Notes: generated from the sequence alone by a model not told the origin. DNA of 41,484 nt from a virus (IMGVR_UViG_3300010354_000194:1-41484), one strand, 5' to 3'; counted from the first letter of the stretch, positions 8,808 through 18,100 are shown. Made by a program: numbers and translations.

Positions 8808-9184
8808 AGACTCAGCAGCACAACGTCCGCCGCTGGTTAGGTCGCGCAACCGAGGCCCGGTTCGTCGCGGATGCCCAAGCTCGCGGGCTGTTGGTCAGCC
8901 GGCCGTTCACCGAGGCGCCCGGGTACGACGCGGTCGTTGACAACGGGCGCAGGCTGATCCGGGTGCAAATTAAAGGGTGCACGCCGAACCCGAAAGGAGT
9001 TTGCCGGATCAACATTAACCGGCACTACCGCCGCCGCGCCCCGCACTTCGACGTGCTGGCCGTGTGGATGACGTCGGTCGGCCGTTGGTTTTTTCTGCCG
9101 AAGAAAGTTCGGTACGTCGAAAAATTAAATCTCCGCGCCAACGGCTGCTACGCCCAGCGCGGTTGGGAATCTCTCACACGATGA
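8804..9184 (+). CDS. PD-(D/E)XK endonuclease (PDDEXK_5-like)
   Basis: GRATEARF...PGYDAVVD....IRVQIKG; GTGA and ATGA coupling. Confidence 0.75.
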   Translation: MKTQQHNVRRWLGRATEARFVADAQARGLLVSRPFTEAPGYDAVVDNGRRLIRVQIKGCTPNPKGVCRININRHYRRRAPHFDVLAVWMTSVGRWFFLPKKVRYVEKLNLRANGCYAQRGWESLTR

Positions 9185-9543
9185 CGACACTACCAGACAC
9201 AGGTGCTCGCACTGAGTACCAGACCGGAGCGGTTCGCGACGCTTCCGAGGGAAAAGGGCATTTCCATGCCATTCCTCCGGGCGCACTACGTCGAATCGCC
9301 AAACGATTTGAAGACGGCGCGCGAAAGTATTCGCGGAACAACTGGATGAAGGGAATCGCGCTGTCGCACTATCAAGACAGCCTGACCCGCCACATCCTCG
9401 CATGGGCCGAGGGGGACACGACGGAAGACCACATGGGCGCGATCCTATGGAACGCTGCCGCGATGGACTGGACCGAGCAGGAGATCGCCGCAGGAAGACT
9501 GCCGGCCGAACTGAACGACCTGCCGTACCGCCGCACGCCATGA
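9181..9543 (+). CDS. dATP/dGTP diphosphohydrolase-domain protein (DUF5664-like)
   Basis: GAVRD..GKG, GARKYSRNNWMKG, DSLTRH, EDHMGAILWN. Confidence 0.8.
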   Translation: MTTLPDTGARTEYQTGAVRDASEGKGHFHAIPPGALRRIAKRFEDGARKYSRNNWMKGIALSHYQDSLTRHILAWAEGDTTEDHMGAILWNAAAMDWTEQEIAAGRLPAELNDLPYRRTP

Positions 9544-11675
9544 GCATCGCGTTCTACATCCCAAACCATTCCAGCTCCGAGCTGCGGAGGGCGGAGCTGT
9601 CTTCGCTTCCGACGCTGTCGACGCGCCCTGAGTTTCCGTCGAAGAAGGAGTTTGCGGCGTGGTGCCACGACAAAAACACCGAGCACGTTTTCTACACGCT
9701 GGCCGAGCCGGAGCAGCCGGCCTTGCGGTCGTCGAGCCACAACCCGGTGAAGTATCTGCACGGCGTCGTGGCGGACTACGACGGCATGGCAGACCTGATC
9801 CAGAGCGAGCTGGCAAAGTGGGAGCCAGCTTCCGGCAAGGCCCCGACGTGGGTGACCACCACGTACTCCGGGAAGGCCCGGTTGATCTGGGCGTTCGAGC
9901 GTCCGGTGCCTGTGTTTAACTCGGAGATCCTCGGCAAGTTCATGTCGTTGCTGGCCCGCACGCTGGCCGTAAAAACGGCGTTGCCGGGCCTAGACGAGGG
10001 CGCGTGGGCAAACCCGCACACTCCGTACGAAGTCGGCACCAACTGGCGGCAGCCGTGGGGCGACGTGCGTCTCTCGTCGGCGTTCGTGATGACGGCGCTG
10101 TACGATGCCAGCGAGAAAGCTAAGTGGAAGGCGGACGACATCCTCATCCCGTTCGAGGCGCTTGCCGCGGAGGTCGATCGCCGCTGGCCGGGCCGCTGGG
10201 CCGGTCCGTTCGTCGAGGGCGCCCGCGGAGTGCGGTTTTGGGATCCGAAGGCGGACAACTCGACTGGATGCACTCTGCGCTCCACCGGCGTGCAGGCGTG
10301 GACCGGCGAAGCGAAATTCCTTCCGTGGTCCGAGGTGCTCGGCGTCGAGTTCGTGAAGAAGTACCGCGAGAACCGAATCGGCGGGGCAATCAGCGAGATC
10401 TACTACGACGGGATGCACTACTGGGAGCGCGACGCGGTCGGGCTGTGGCAAGCGTTCTCCGGGCAACAGATGAGCCGGCGCCTCACGACGGAGCACGGGC
10501 TTTCAAACGAGTCGCGCCGCGGCGCTCCGGCCGAGACCGCGAAGGCATTAAGCGTCATCGAAAACACGCACCGGGTCGACGGCGCGTTCCCGTGCCTCTA
10601 CCTCAAGGACACGGTCATCCGCGACCAGAACAGCGTCTACCTGAACATTTCCCGGGTGTCTGTTTCCCCGGGCACCGGGAAGACGCGGGAGTGGGGAGAC
10701 GGGTTCCCGTGGACCGCCAACTACCTGTCCGGCCTCTTTGACCGCCAGCAGCTCGACGTGCTGCTTTCTTGGATCGCTCACGCGTACCAGCCGGCGGCAG
10801 CGGGCAAGCCGCGCAAGGGTCACGCCCTGTTCATCGCCGGCGACGCGAGCGCCGGTAAGACGTTCCTGTCGCAGTTCCTGATCGGTGGGTTGCTGGGCGG
10901 CCACCAAGAGGCGACTAACTACATCGTCGGCAATACCAACTTCAACGAGCAGCTTTTTCACTCGCCCGTGTGGACCGTCGACGACGCGACGGTCGGCAGC
11001 GACTCCAAGCGCCACGCGCTCTACAGCGCAGCGGTAAAGAAGTTCGTCGCGAACCCCTATCAAGAATTCAGCCCAAAGTTTCGGAAGGCGGTCACGCACA
11101 AGTTCCTTGGCCGCCTCGTCATCACGCTCAACCGCGACGCCTCCTCGATCACCATGCTCCCGCAGATCGAGGGGTCCATCCGCGACAAGCTGATCATTCT
11201 GTCGGCCAACAAAGCCGATACGGACTTCGCGAATTGCGAAGACCACGTCAGGAATGAACGTGCGGCGTTTGCCGACTTCATATCCGGTTGGCAGATACCT
11301 GAGTGGCTCAAAAGCCGGCGGGATGAAGTGAATCGGTTCGGGCACGACGCTTGGCACCACCCGGAGATGCTTGAGATCGCATCGGATGCCTCGCCGTCGG
11401 CCGCGCTGCGCGAGACGATCGAGGCGTGGCGCATCCAGTATTTTCGGCAGTCCAACGACACGTCGTGGTTCGGCACCGCGAACGATCTGGTGACCGAGAT
11501 CCAAAACACTGACATCCTGCGCGGCCAGTTGCCGCGAGTCGCCGACCTCCGCAACCACGTCAAGCAGCACCTGTACCACCTGTGCGAGCAGAACATCTGG
11601 TGGCTGGAGCCGCACCGCACGAAAACCAAGCGCGGGTTTGTCATCGCCCGGCCGCGTCCTGAAGAGCTTCCATGA
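9540..11675 (+). CDS. Primase-helicase (AEP-like N-terminus, SF3/DUF5906-like C-terminal ATPase)
   Basis: VVADYD, TTYSGKARLIW; Walker A GDASAGKT, Walker B WTVDD, ITLN; ATG 9540 in ATGA overlap. Confidence 0.8.
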   Translation: MSIAFYIPNHSSSELRRAELSSLPTLSTRPEFPSKKEFAAWCHDKNTEHVFYTLAEPEQPALRSSSHNPVKYLHGVVADYDGMADLIQSELAKWEPASGKAPTWVTTTYSGKARLIWAFERPVPVFNSEILGKFMSLLARTLAVKTALPGLDEGAWANPHTPYEVGTNWRQPWGDVRLSSAFVMTALYDASEKAKWKADDILIPFEALAAEVDRRWPGRWAGPFVEGARGVRFWDPKADNSTGCTLRSTGVQAWTGEAKFLPWSEVLGVEFVKKYRENRIGGAISEIYYDGMHYWERDAVGLWQAFSGQQMSRRLTTEHGLSNESRRGAPAETAKALSVIENTHRVDGAFPCLYLKDTVIRDQNSVYLNISRVSVSPGTGKTREWGDGFPWTANYLSGLFDRQQLDVLLSWIAHAYQPAAAGKPRKGHALFIAGDASAGKTFLSQFLIGGLLGGHQEATNYIVGNTNFNEQLFHSPVWTVDDATVGSDSKRHALYSAAVKKFVANPYQEFSPKFRKAVTHKFLGRLVITLNRDASSITMLPQIEGSIRDKLIILSANKADTDFANCEDHVRNERAAFADFISGWQIPEWLKSRRDEVNRFGHDAWHHPEMLEIASDASPSAALRETIEAWRIQYFRQSNDTSWFGTANDLVTEIQNTDILRGQLPRVADLRNHVKQHLYHLCEQNIWWLEPHRTKTKRGFVIARPRPEELP

Positions 11676-11866
11676 AACTGATCCCTCAATTCGCGTTTAC
11701 GTGGGGCAACGAGCCCCTCGACATTCGGCTCGGCGTCATCGCCGGGTCGCAATACGACTACGTCCTGCTGTACGGCGACAAGACGCCGCGGCGTTGCCTG
11801 CGCTTCGATTTTACGGTCGGCATGGTGTGGGCCTGCCTGCGCGTGGGGGTGATCGTCCATGCGTGA
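11672..11866 (+). CDS. Hypothetical protein
   Basis: 64 aa; ATGA-coupled. Confidence 0.55.
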   Translation: MKLIPQFAFTWGNEPLDIRLGVIAGSQYDYVLLYGDKTPRRCLRFDFTVGMVWACLRVGVIVHA

Positions 11867-12167
11867 GTACTCGGCGCTGGTGCCGGTTGCCGGGCGGCTG
11901 GTCCGCATCCACTTCGACGCGATCGACGAGCGCGACGCGCTGAATGTCGCAATGGCGTGCCGCGGCGGCCTCACCCCGGATGCCGGGGAACCTGTCGCCC
12001 CGGGCCCCGTGGCGTACGATGTGAAAAAAGCCCGGGAACTCCTTGGCGGAATTTCCCGGGCTACGGTGTACGCGTGGCTGGCGGTCGGCCGGCTCGAGCG
12101 GGTTCCCGGCACGCGCCGGGTGCTGATCACGCGGACTTCGATTGAACGAGTGGCGAGCCGAACGTGA
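11859..12167 (+). CDS. xis: Excisionase-like winged-HTH protein
   Basis: YDVKKARELLGGISRATVYAWLAVGRL...RRVLITRTSIE; converges on the integrase. Confidence 0.7.
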   Translation: MREYSALVPVAGRLVRIHFDAIDERDALNVAMACRGGLTPDAGEPVAPGPVAYDVKKARELLGGISRATVYAWLAVGRLERVPGTRRVLITRTSIERVASRT

Positions 12168-13320
12168 CCTTGGCGGCCGCCGCGAGCGAGTGCCGGCTGC
12201 GCAGGTGGCGGTACGTGCGCATCAGGAGCACGCCGCCGTCTGCGTGGCCGAGCCAGTCGGCGACGGTCGGGATGTCGACGCCCTCCTCGATGCACGCGGT
12301 CGCGAAGTAGTGTCGCAGGTCGTGGTGCCGGAGCGGCTGCAGCCCGAGGCGGGAGCAGGCCCGCTGCATCGCGTCGATGCACGTCTGGACGCCAAGAATC
12401 GGGCCGGAGATGCGCTTCAGCCGGATCTGGTCGAGGAGCGCCCGCAGCGCCGGCAGGATGGGGACGACGCGCTCCGACGTGCTGGTCTTCGTGCCCCGAA
12501 CGTGCAGCCAGTCGCCCCGGATGTCCTCCCACCGGGCGGCCTGAGCCTCCGACAACCGGAGCCCGGAGTACGCGAGAAACCGGGCGTGCTCGGCCGCGTT
12601 TTGCGCGCAGGTCGTGTAGTAGGTAAGCGTGGCCTCGTCGACGTTCTCCGCGTGCGGCACGCGGGCCATCTCGGCGAAAATCCGCTCCATCGTGGCGTTG
12701 TCGGGGATCTCGGGCCGGCGGGTCGCGTCGGGCGCGTAGATCGACTGCCGGATGGCGCCGCCATCGACGAAGGGGTTTGCGAGGATGACGTGATGCTTGA
12801 CTGCGATGTTGAGCATCAAGCGCAGCGCGGCGAGCGTCTGGTTTACCACGGCCGGCTTGTACCCGTGCCGGTCAGGCTGCTGGCGCCGCGGCGCCTTCGT
12901 GAGCAGGTATTCGCGGAGCTGCGAGATGGTATCGCGTGATACCAGTCGGGCCTGCGCGACCTCGAAATCGCCGTGCTGCCAGTTCTCGCGGAGGCGCTGA
13001 ATCCAAACGGAGTATCCCGCTTTCGTGGCGGGGCTTGCGTTGCTGCTCTGGATCTCGCGCTCAAGGGCGCGAGCGAGGGCGCCGAGCGTTTTCAAATCGG
13101 CGTCGATCGTCGTGCCCAATTGCCTCGCGTGCTCGATCACGCCGGTGCGCGTGGCGTGTCGTAGTTTGGCCACGCTGAATACCTTGGTGTGCAGGCAACG
13201 GAAAGTGCGCTTCCCGTTGATGCTGTAACGGCTGTAATACTGCCCGTCAGCGCGCTGGTAGAGTCCGGGCGTGCCGGTCTTTGTCCATTCGGTGGGTTTG
13301 GTAGGGATGGTTGTGTCCAT
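12127..13320 (-). CDS. int: Tyrosine integrase
   Basis: GLRLSE (R), GTKT (K), HDLRH, LGH, RTYRH (Y); N-terminal arm-binding-like GLYQR...YYSRY; likely ATG 13320. Confidence 0.95.
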   Translation of the reverse strand: MDTTIPTKPTEWTKTGTPGLYQRADGQYYSRYSINGKRTFRCLHTKVFSVAKLRHATRTGVIEHARQLGTTIDADLKTLGALARALEREIQSSNASPATKAGYSVWIQRLRENWQHGDFEVAQARLVSRDTISQLREYLLTKAPRRQQPDRHGYKPAVVNQTLAALRLMLNIAVKHHVILANPFVDGGAIRQSIYAPDATRRPEIPDNATMERIFAEMARVPHAENVDEATLTYYTTCAQNAAEHARFLAYSGLRLSEAQAARWEDIRGDWLHVRGTKTSTSERVVPILPALRALLDQIRLKRISGPILGVQTCIDAMQRACSRLGLQPLRHHDLRHYFATACIEEGVDIPTVADWLGHADGGVLLMRTYRHLRSRHSLAAAAKVTFGSPLVQSKSA

Positions 13321-13334
13321 GCACGTCGACCTAT

Positions 13335-13520
13335 TGGTATCGGCGCATGGTATCAAGCACCAAAATCAGCTCTGAGCACCATAGTATTTCTTGGACGCAC
13401 AGGGATGTCTGCCTGTGTCTGGTGATGTCTGCCGCTCTCTGAGGCGGGCGGCGGTGTGGTGGTAGAGCAGCGCCGGTTAGCGCGAGCAACTGCGGCTTCT
13501 GGTATCGGGTCGGTGGTATC
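13335..13520. other. Putative attP region
   Basis: Noncoding next to the int 5' end; paired TGGTATC repeats (13335, 13348 and 13500, 13514) flank three TGTCTG repeats at 10-bp period (13406, 13416, 13426). Confidence 0.6.
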
Positions 13521-13600
13521 GACAAAAGATTTTTTAACTTTTGTATTGCGCTAATAAAAAACGTGTGAATCGTAGGCGTCGTCAACACGACATCCCTACC

Positions 13601-13945
13601 ATGAATAACAACCAAATCGTAAAGCTCCTCCGCGCCATCAAGGCCGCATCCCCCTACTCCTCCCGCAACTTCCGGTGGGAGGTCGGGATGAACAGTCACC
13701 TCGCCGACCCGTACGCGTTCGACCAAAATCTTGGTGGTTACGATGACATCACCTCGTGGAGTTATGGCATCCGCGACGTCAAAGTCGGCACCACGGTGGA
13801 CTTCTACGTTTTCCAGAACCGCGGCTGCGTGGTGCACCAAGATTGGGACTGGGTGACCAACTACATCGTCACCGTCACCTCACCGTCTACCGCCACCATC
13901 CGCGTCACCGGCCAGCCGGTCCGCGATTTTAACCTCGCCGCCTAA
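13601..13945 (+). CDS. Hypothetical protein, first gene of a small operon
   Basis: ATG 13601 directly after TCCCTACC and an AT-rich promoter-like tract; 114 aa. Confidence 0.75.
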   Translation: MNNNQIVKLLRAIKAASPYSSRNFRWEVGMNSHLADPYAFDQNLGGYDDITSWSYGIRDVKVGTTVDFYVFQNRGCVVHQDWDWVTNYIVTVTSPSTATIRVTGQPVRDFNLAA

Positions 13946-13966
13946 ATTTTCGACTTTGTCCCTACC

Positions 13967-14791
13967 ATGAACACGATCAACATCGAAGACGTCCGCCGGC
14001 TCGCTCCGGCGGCTTTCAGCAACACGCCGGACAGCACGCTGTCTGCGTCTTACGCCCACGTCACCACGGCGCACGTTCTCGCTGCGCTACAGGACGACGG
14101 CTGGCGTATCACCGACGCCCGGCAGACCCGAGCCCGCAAGCCCGAGTCGGCCGAGCACAACAAGCACGAGATTTGCCTGACGCACCCGGACCTTCCGGTC
14201 CACGCCGAGGGCGCCCCGGTAGCCCGGATCGCGAACAGCTCGGACGGTGGAAGCGCCGTGCGCCTAATTGCCGGGTTCTTGCGGTTCGCGTGCACGAACC
14301 AGCTCTACGCCGGCATCAAGGTCGCCGGCGGGGTGTTCTACCACAAGGGCGCCGGCCTTGAGGACCGCGTGGTCGCCGGCGCTCGCGAGCTCCGGGCGAA
14401 CTTCGACAAGGTCATCAGCCGCGTCGACCTTTGGCGAGCGATCGAGCTTTCGCCGGACCAGCAGTACGCGTTCGCTCGTCGTGCGGTGAGCGCCCGCTGG
14501 CCGGTCGAGGCTAAGGCGCCCGCCTTCGTTTCGTTTCGCGACGTTCTTGCGCCGCGCCGCGCCTCGGACACGGGCCGCGACCTCTGGTCGACCTTCAACC
14601 GCACGCAGGAGGCACTGGTCCGCGGTGGCTTCCGCGCCTCGTTCCGCCGGTCTGACGAGCAGGGCAACCCTCTCGGGGTGGTCGAGCGCAGCGTGCGCAA
14701 GGTCACCGGGCTGACCGCCAACGAGCGCATCAACACGCAGCTCTGGGATCTCGCGGAGTCCGTCGCGAATGGGCAGGAGGTGCTGGCGTGA
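13967..14791 (+). CDS. DUF932/DUF945-family protein
   Basis: SYAHVTT..V...L...GW, KHEI.L, NSSDGGSA, AGFLRFACTN, DLWSTFNRTQEAL. Confidence 0.85.
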   Translation: MNTINIEDVRRLAPAAFSNTPDSTLSASYAHVTTAHVLAALQDDGWRITDARQTRARKPESAEHNKHEICLTHPDLPVHAEGAPVARIANSSDGGSAVRLIAGFLRFACTNQLYAGIKVAGGVFYHKGAGLEDRVVAGARELRANFDKVISRVDLWRAIELSPDQQYAFARRAVSARWPVEAKAPAFVSFRDVLAPRRASDTGRDLWSTFNRTQEALVRGGFRASFRRSDEQGNPLGVVERSVRKVTGLTANERINTQLWDLAESVANGQEVLA

Positions 14792-14949
14792 AGTTCGGGC
14801 GACCCATTAAAACCCCCGAGCTGGGGCCGCGCCTGCCGTTCTGCGTGCGGCTCCCGGTCAAGACTCTCGCCGCGCTGCGCTTGCTGGCAAAGCGACGACG
14901 AGTGTCTCAGGCCGACGTGGTCGTAGACCTCGTCAGTAAAGCGCAGTGA
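14788..14949 (+). CDS. CopG/Arc-like RHH protein, 53 aa; not in ORF track
   Basis: GTGA-coupled; MKFGRPIKTPELGPRLPFCVRLPVKTLAALRLLAKRRRVSQADVVVDLVSKAQ. Confidence 0.7.
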   Translation: MKFGRPIKTPELGPRLPFCVRLPVKTLAALRLLAKRRRVSQADVVVDLVSKAQ

Positions 14950-14953
14950 CACG

Positions 14954-14982
14954 AGCCCCGGGAAACCGGGGCTTTTATTTTT
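14954..14982 (+). terminator. Rho-independent terminator where the small operon and late arm converge
   Basis: AGCCCCGG-GAAA-CCGGGGCT followed by TTTATTTTT. Confidence 0.85.
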
Positions 14983-15151
14983 CCTGCTCGGCCGACTCAG
15001 GCTTCTCTTTCGGCAGGCTGTTTTTCCAGTCCTCGTACCGGCGCAGGGCGGTCAAACTCTTCTTAGCGTTGAGCGAGGTGTATCCGACCGGCTTAATGTG
15101 CTGCCGGGCGCCGTCCACGAGCTTTTTGAGGCGAGGGTCAGGGCTGTTCAC
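14975..15151 (-). CDS. Small basic hypothetical protein, 58 aa; not in ORF track
   Basis: GTG 15151 after AAAGGA; MNSPDPRLKKLVDGARQHIKPVGYTSLNAKKSLTALRRYEDWKNSLPKEKPESAEQEK; fills the gap to the terminator. Confidence 0.55.
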   Translation of the reverse strand: MNSPDPRLKKLVDGARQHIKPVGYTSLNAKKSLTALRRYEDWKNSLPKEKPESAEQEK

Positions 15152-18100
15152 GATAATCCTTTGTGCTTACTTTCTGACCCCTTACCGCCTGCGCTGCGAG
15201 GTATTTCCGCTCGGCCGCAGCCATCGCAGTTGGCGACAGGTTTTCCTCCTTCATGGCCTGAGAAATCTGCGCATCCCGGGCCTCGCGCATCTGCTTGAGC
15301 ATCGCGGTGTCACGAGATTTCAGAGTCGCACCCTCCACCACGACGCCGCTCAACGTCTTCAGGAAATTGATCGACGTGGAGTTCAGCGTCACCCCGTTCA
15401 GGACGAAGGTGCCGTCCGCCTGCGGTTTAAGCGCATAGGCATACTGTCGGAAGTCGCCGAGATCTTCGATGTTGGCCCATCCGCGGCGCCGCCACTCGCG
15501 CTTCTCCGCGAACCACATGATCGCCTGCAGGTCGTCGGCGCCGATGGTCCGGCCCAACGTGTCGGCGAACTGTTCGTTGATCCGCTTCGTCGTCTCCGCG
15601 AAAATCTCCTGACCGAGGAAAAAGTCGCTGTTGCTGACACCCTGCTCGGCCATTGGCAGGATCCGCCAGACGGCAGAAAGCCCGTCGTGACCAAGCCGGC
15701 GGAGCCAGCGCGCCGCCCACACGTCGATCGTAGCCCGGGTGGACAAGCCCGCGAGGTTCTCGGTGAAGTTGGGCGCTTTGGGGGCGTCGGTCTGCTCGCG
15801 CCAGACGCCGTCAAGGATCTGGAGGATGCGGTCGGTATGCACGCCATACTTGCCGCCGCCCTCGCCAGCGCGCTCCAGCTTTACGCCGTTGCGCAGGTTG
15901 AAGAGCACCCAAAACATTTCTTCGTTGAACGCGGCGCGGGATTCCCTGCGCGCCTCGGCCCGCGGAACGCCGTCGGCGACCATCGCGTCGAAGTAGTCCT
16001 TTCGGAACTGTTCCTCGGCGCCCGGCTTGAATACCCACTCAGACAGCGGCTGTCCGTCCTTGATCGCCTGCTTACCGCTTTTGAGGAGGACAGGCTTCAG
16101 CTCGGCGTACTCTCCGACGTTCGCGTCAAACTCGTTCAGCACTCGCCGGTAGTTGTTCAGCAAGCCGTCCAGCTCGCCCTTCTTCCAGCGATTGAACAGG
16201 TCGAGCGCGTACAGGAAGTTCTGCTCGACCGACGTGTTGGGCGATGTGCCGCCGAGGAATTCCAGAAACTTAGTGCGATCGTTCTGGTCCGGGATGAGCT
16301 GCTTGAAGAACTCGGCGATGTCCGAGTACCAGCCGGCCGCCGCCTTGACGTCGGGGTCGGCCGCGTACCGGCGGAAATCGGCGATGGCCCGATCCGAGTA
16401 CGCGTTGACCATCGACGTGAGCGCAGCCTGCTCGTCGGCGGTAAGAGCCGACTGAACGTATCCCGCTTTGACCTTCCCCAGCGTTGTCGTGTTGAGCTTC
16501 GTCTTGAGGGACTGGAGAACGTCCGGGTCGATGTTGAGCGCGGCGACCACCGGCGATTCGTAGAAATTGTACTCCCGCGTCGCGACCTTTGGCCCCTTGT
16601 CGTCGGTCTTGACGACGCCTTTGGAGTTCACCGAAAACTCCAGCGGCAGCGCCTCCGCGTGAACCATCTGGTCCGCGTACCGTTCGGCGACGGTCATTGT
16701 GACAGCGCCCCCCTTTTTGCTCGTTACGGTGAATTTCTGCTCGCCCACTTCGCCGATCGGCCGGGACTTTTCTTCCGGGCGATACCGGATGTCCGGGTTC
16801 TCGGGGTCGAAGGTGCCGGCGTTGTCGGTGGCGGACTTGATCTGGCTCGGGTCGAACGCGACGTAAAATGTCTGCGGGTCTGGATTCAACGCCGAGTCGG
16901 CCAAGTTGTCTTTGATGATGATCCCGTCGAACCCGACCTTTTTGAGATAATCTACGAACTCCCGATTCGACTCAGGGGTTGCGTTGTATGTCTTAACTCC
17001 CGTGTACGTTTCGTAGTCTTTGAGGAGCTGCTCAAATCCCTTCGTGCCCTCATAGACAGCAGGCTCTCGGATGTTCAGGTACGTCTCAAACAAAGGCCCG
17101 ATAGTCTTGTTGCCGTTCTCATCAAAACTAGCGCGGAACTTGTTCGCGTAACTAGGATCTTCTGCAAACCACGAGCCGATGGCGCCCCACTTAGCGTACT
17201 TTGCTTTTGATGGATCGAAGACGGTAAACTCCTTTGGAGATCCGTGAAAAACAACTTTAGGTAGTCCGTAAGCTCCGACCACTTTGCTGGCTCCCTCTGG
17301 GTCAGCCTCCCAATCACCAAACCAATTTTTGAACTCCGGCGTCTCGATCTGCTCGGGCCTGAACTGCATCAGCTCCTGCGGAACGAGGAAGTTCTTCTGT
17401 TCGCCGAACGGACGCTCCTGCGGCGGGACGTAGCCCTCTTCACCCTTCTTCGGGATCGAACCGTCGGCCCGGCGTAGGTGAGCGCCGAAGTTGACCCACG
17501 CATTCTGCGCCAGAGTCTCGGCCGCGACGGCGCCCTGAGCCCCCTCGGAATACATCCGGGAATGACTCTTCCACGCGTTGAACTCGCCGCGGGGACCGAA
17601 CTGCAGCCCCTGTTGCGTGTGGCCGAAGTAGTCGTGGACGACGCGGAAAACGTCGTTCACCAGCAGCTCGAAGTCGCCGATCTTCAGGCCGCTCTTTTCC
17701 AGCAGCGGATTGGCGATGTCCTGCGTGCCCTGCCCAAAGGCGTTGTCGGTGCGCAGGAAGTACAGGTGCTTGTTCTCGCGGACGTCGCGCATCATCTCTT
17801 CCGAGGACGCGTACGGCTCGCCCTTGCCCTTGTACGGCTCCGGCTTGATGCCGGCCGCGATCATCGCCCTGTACTGCTCGATCGTCTCGTCAGCCATCGC
17901 CCGGTAGGATCGCAGCACATCCGGCGCGTCGGGCTGATGCTTCGCGACGTTCTGGAAGTAGTCTGCGATCTCCTTCAGCCGGGCCTCCGGCGCCTCGTCG
18001 TAGACGGTGTGCGGTTCGTACTCCCGGCCGAATGCATTTCTGACGTATTCCGCGGCGATCCGTGTCGTCTCGTCGTTGGCTTCCGGGCGGAACTGCAACG

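Noticed and set aside
11060-12532. 490-aa - strand ORF
   Set aside because: Arg/Pro-rich off-frame ORF overlapping primase, xis and int
13445-13500. tRNA-like GTGGTAGAGCAGCG segment
   Set aside because: Resembles a D-arm, but no T-loop (TTCRA) or cloverleaf can be built
13331-13840. 169-aa - strand ORF across the att region
   Set aside because: Antisense to 13601..13945 and spans the repeat-rich att region; no coding support
14946-17210. 754-aa + strand ORF
   Set aside because: Antisense shadow; it also starts across a + strand terminator
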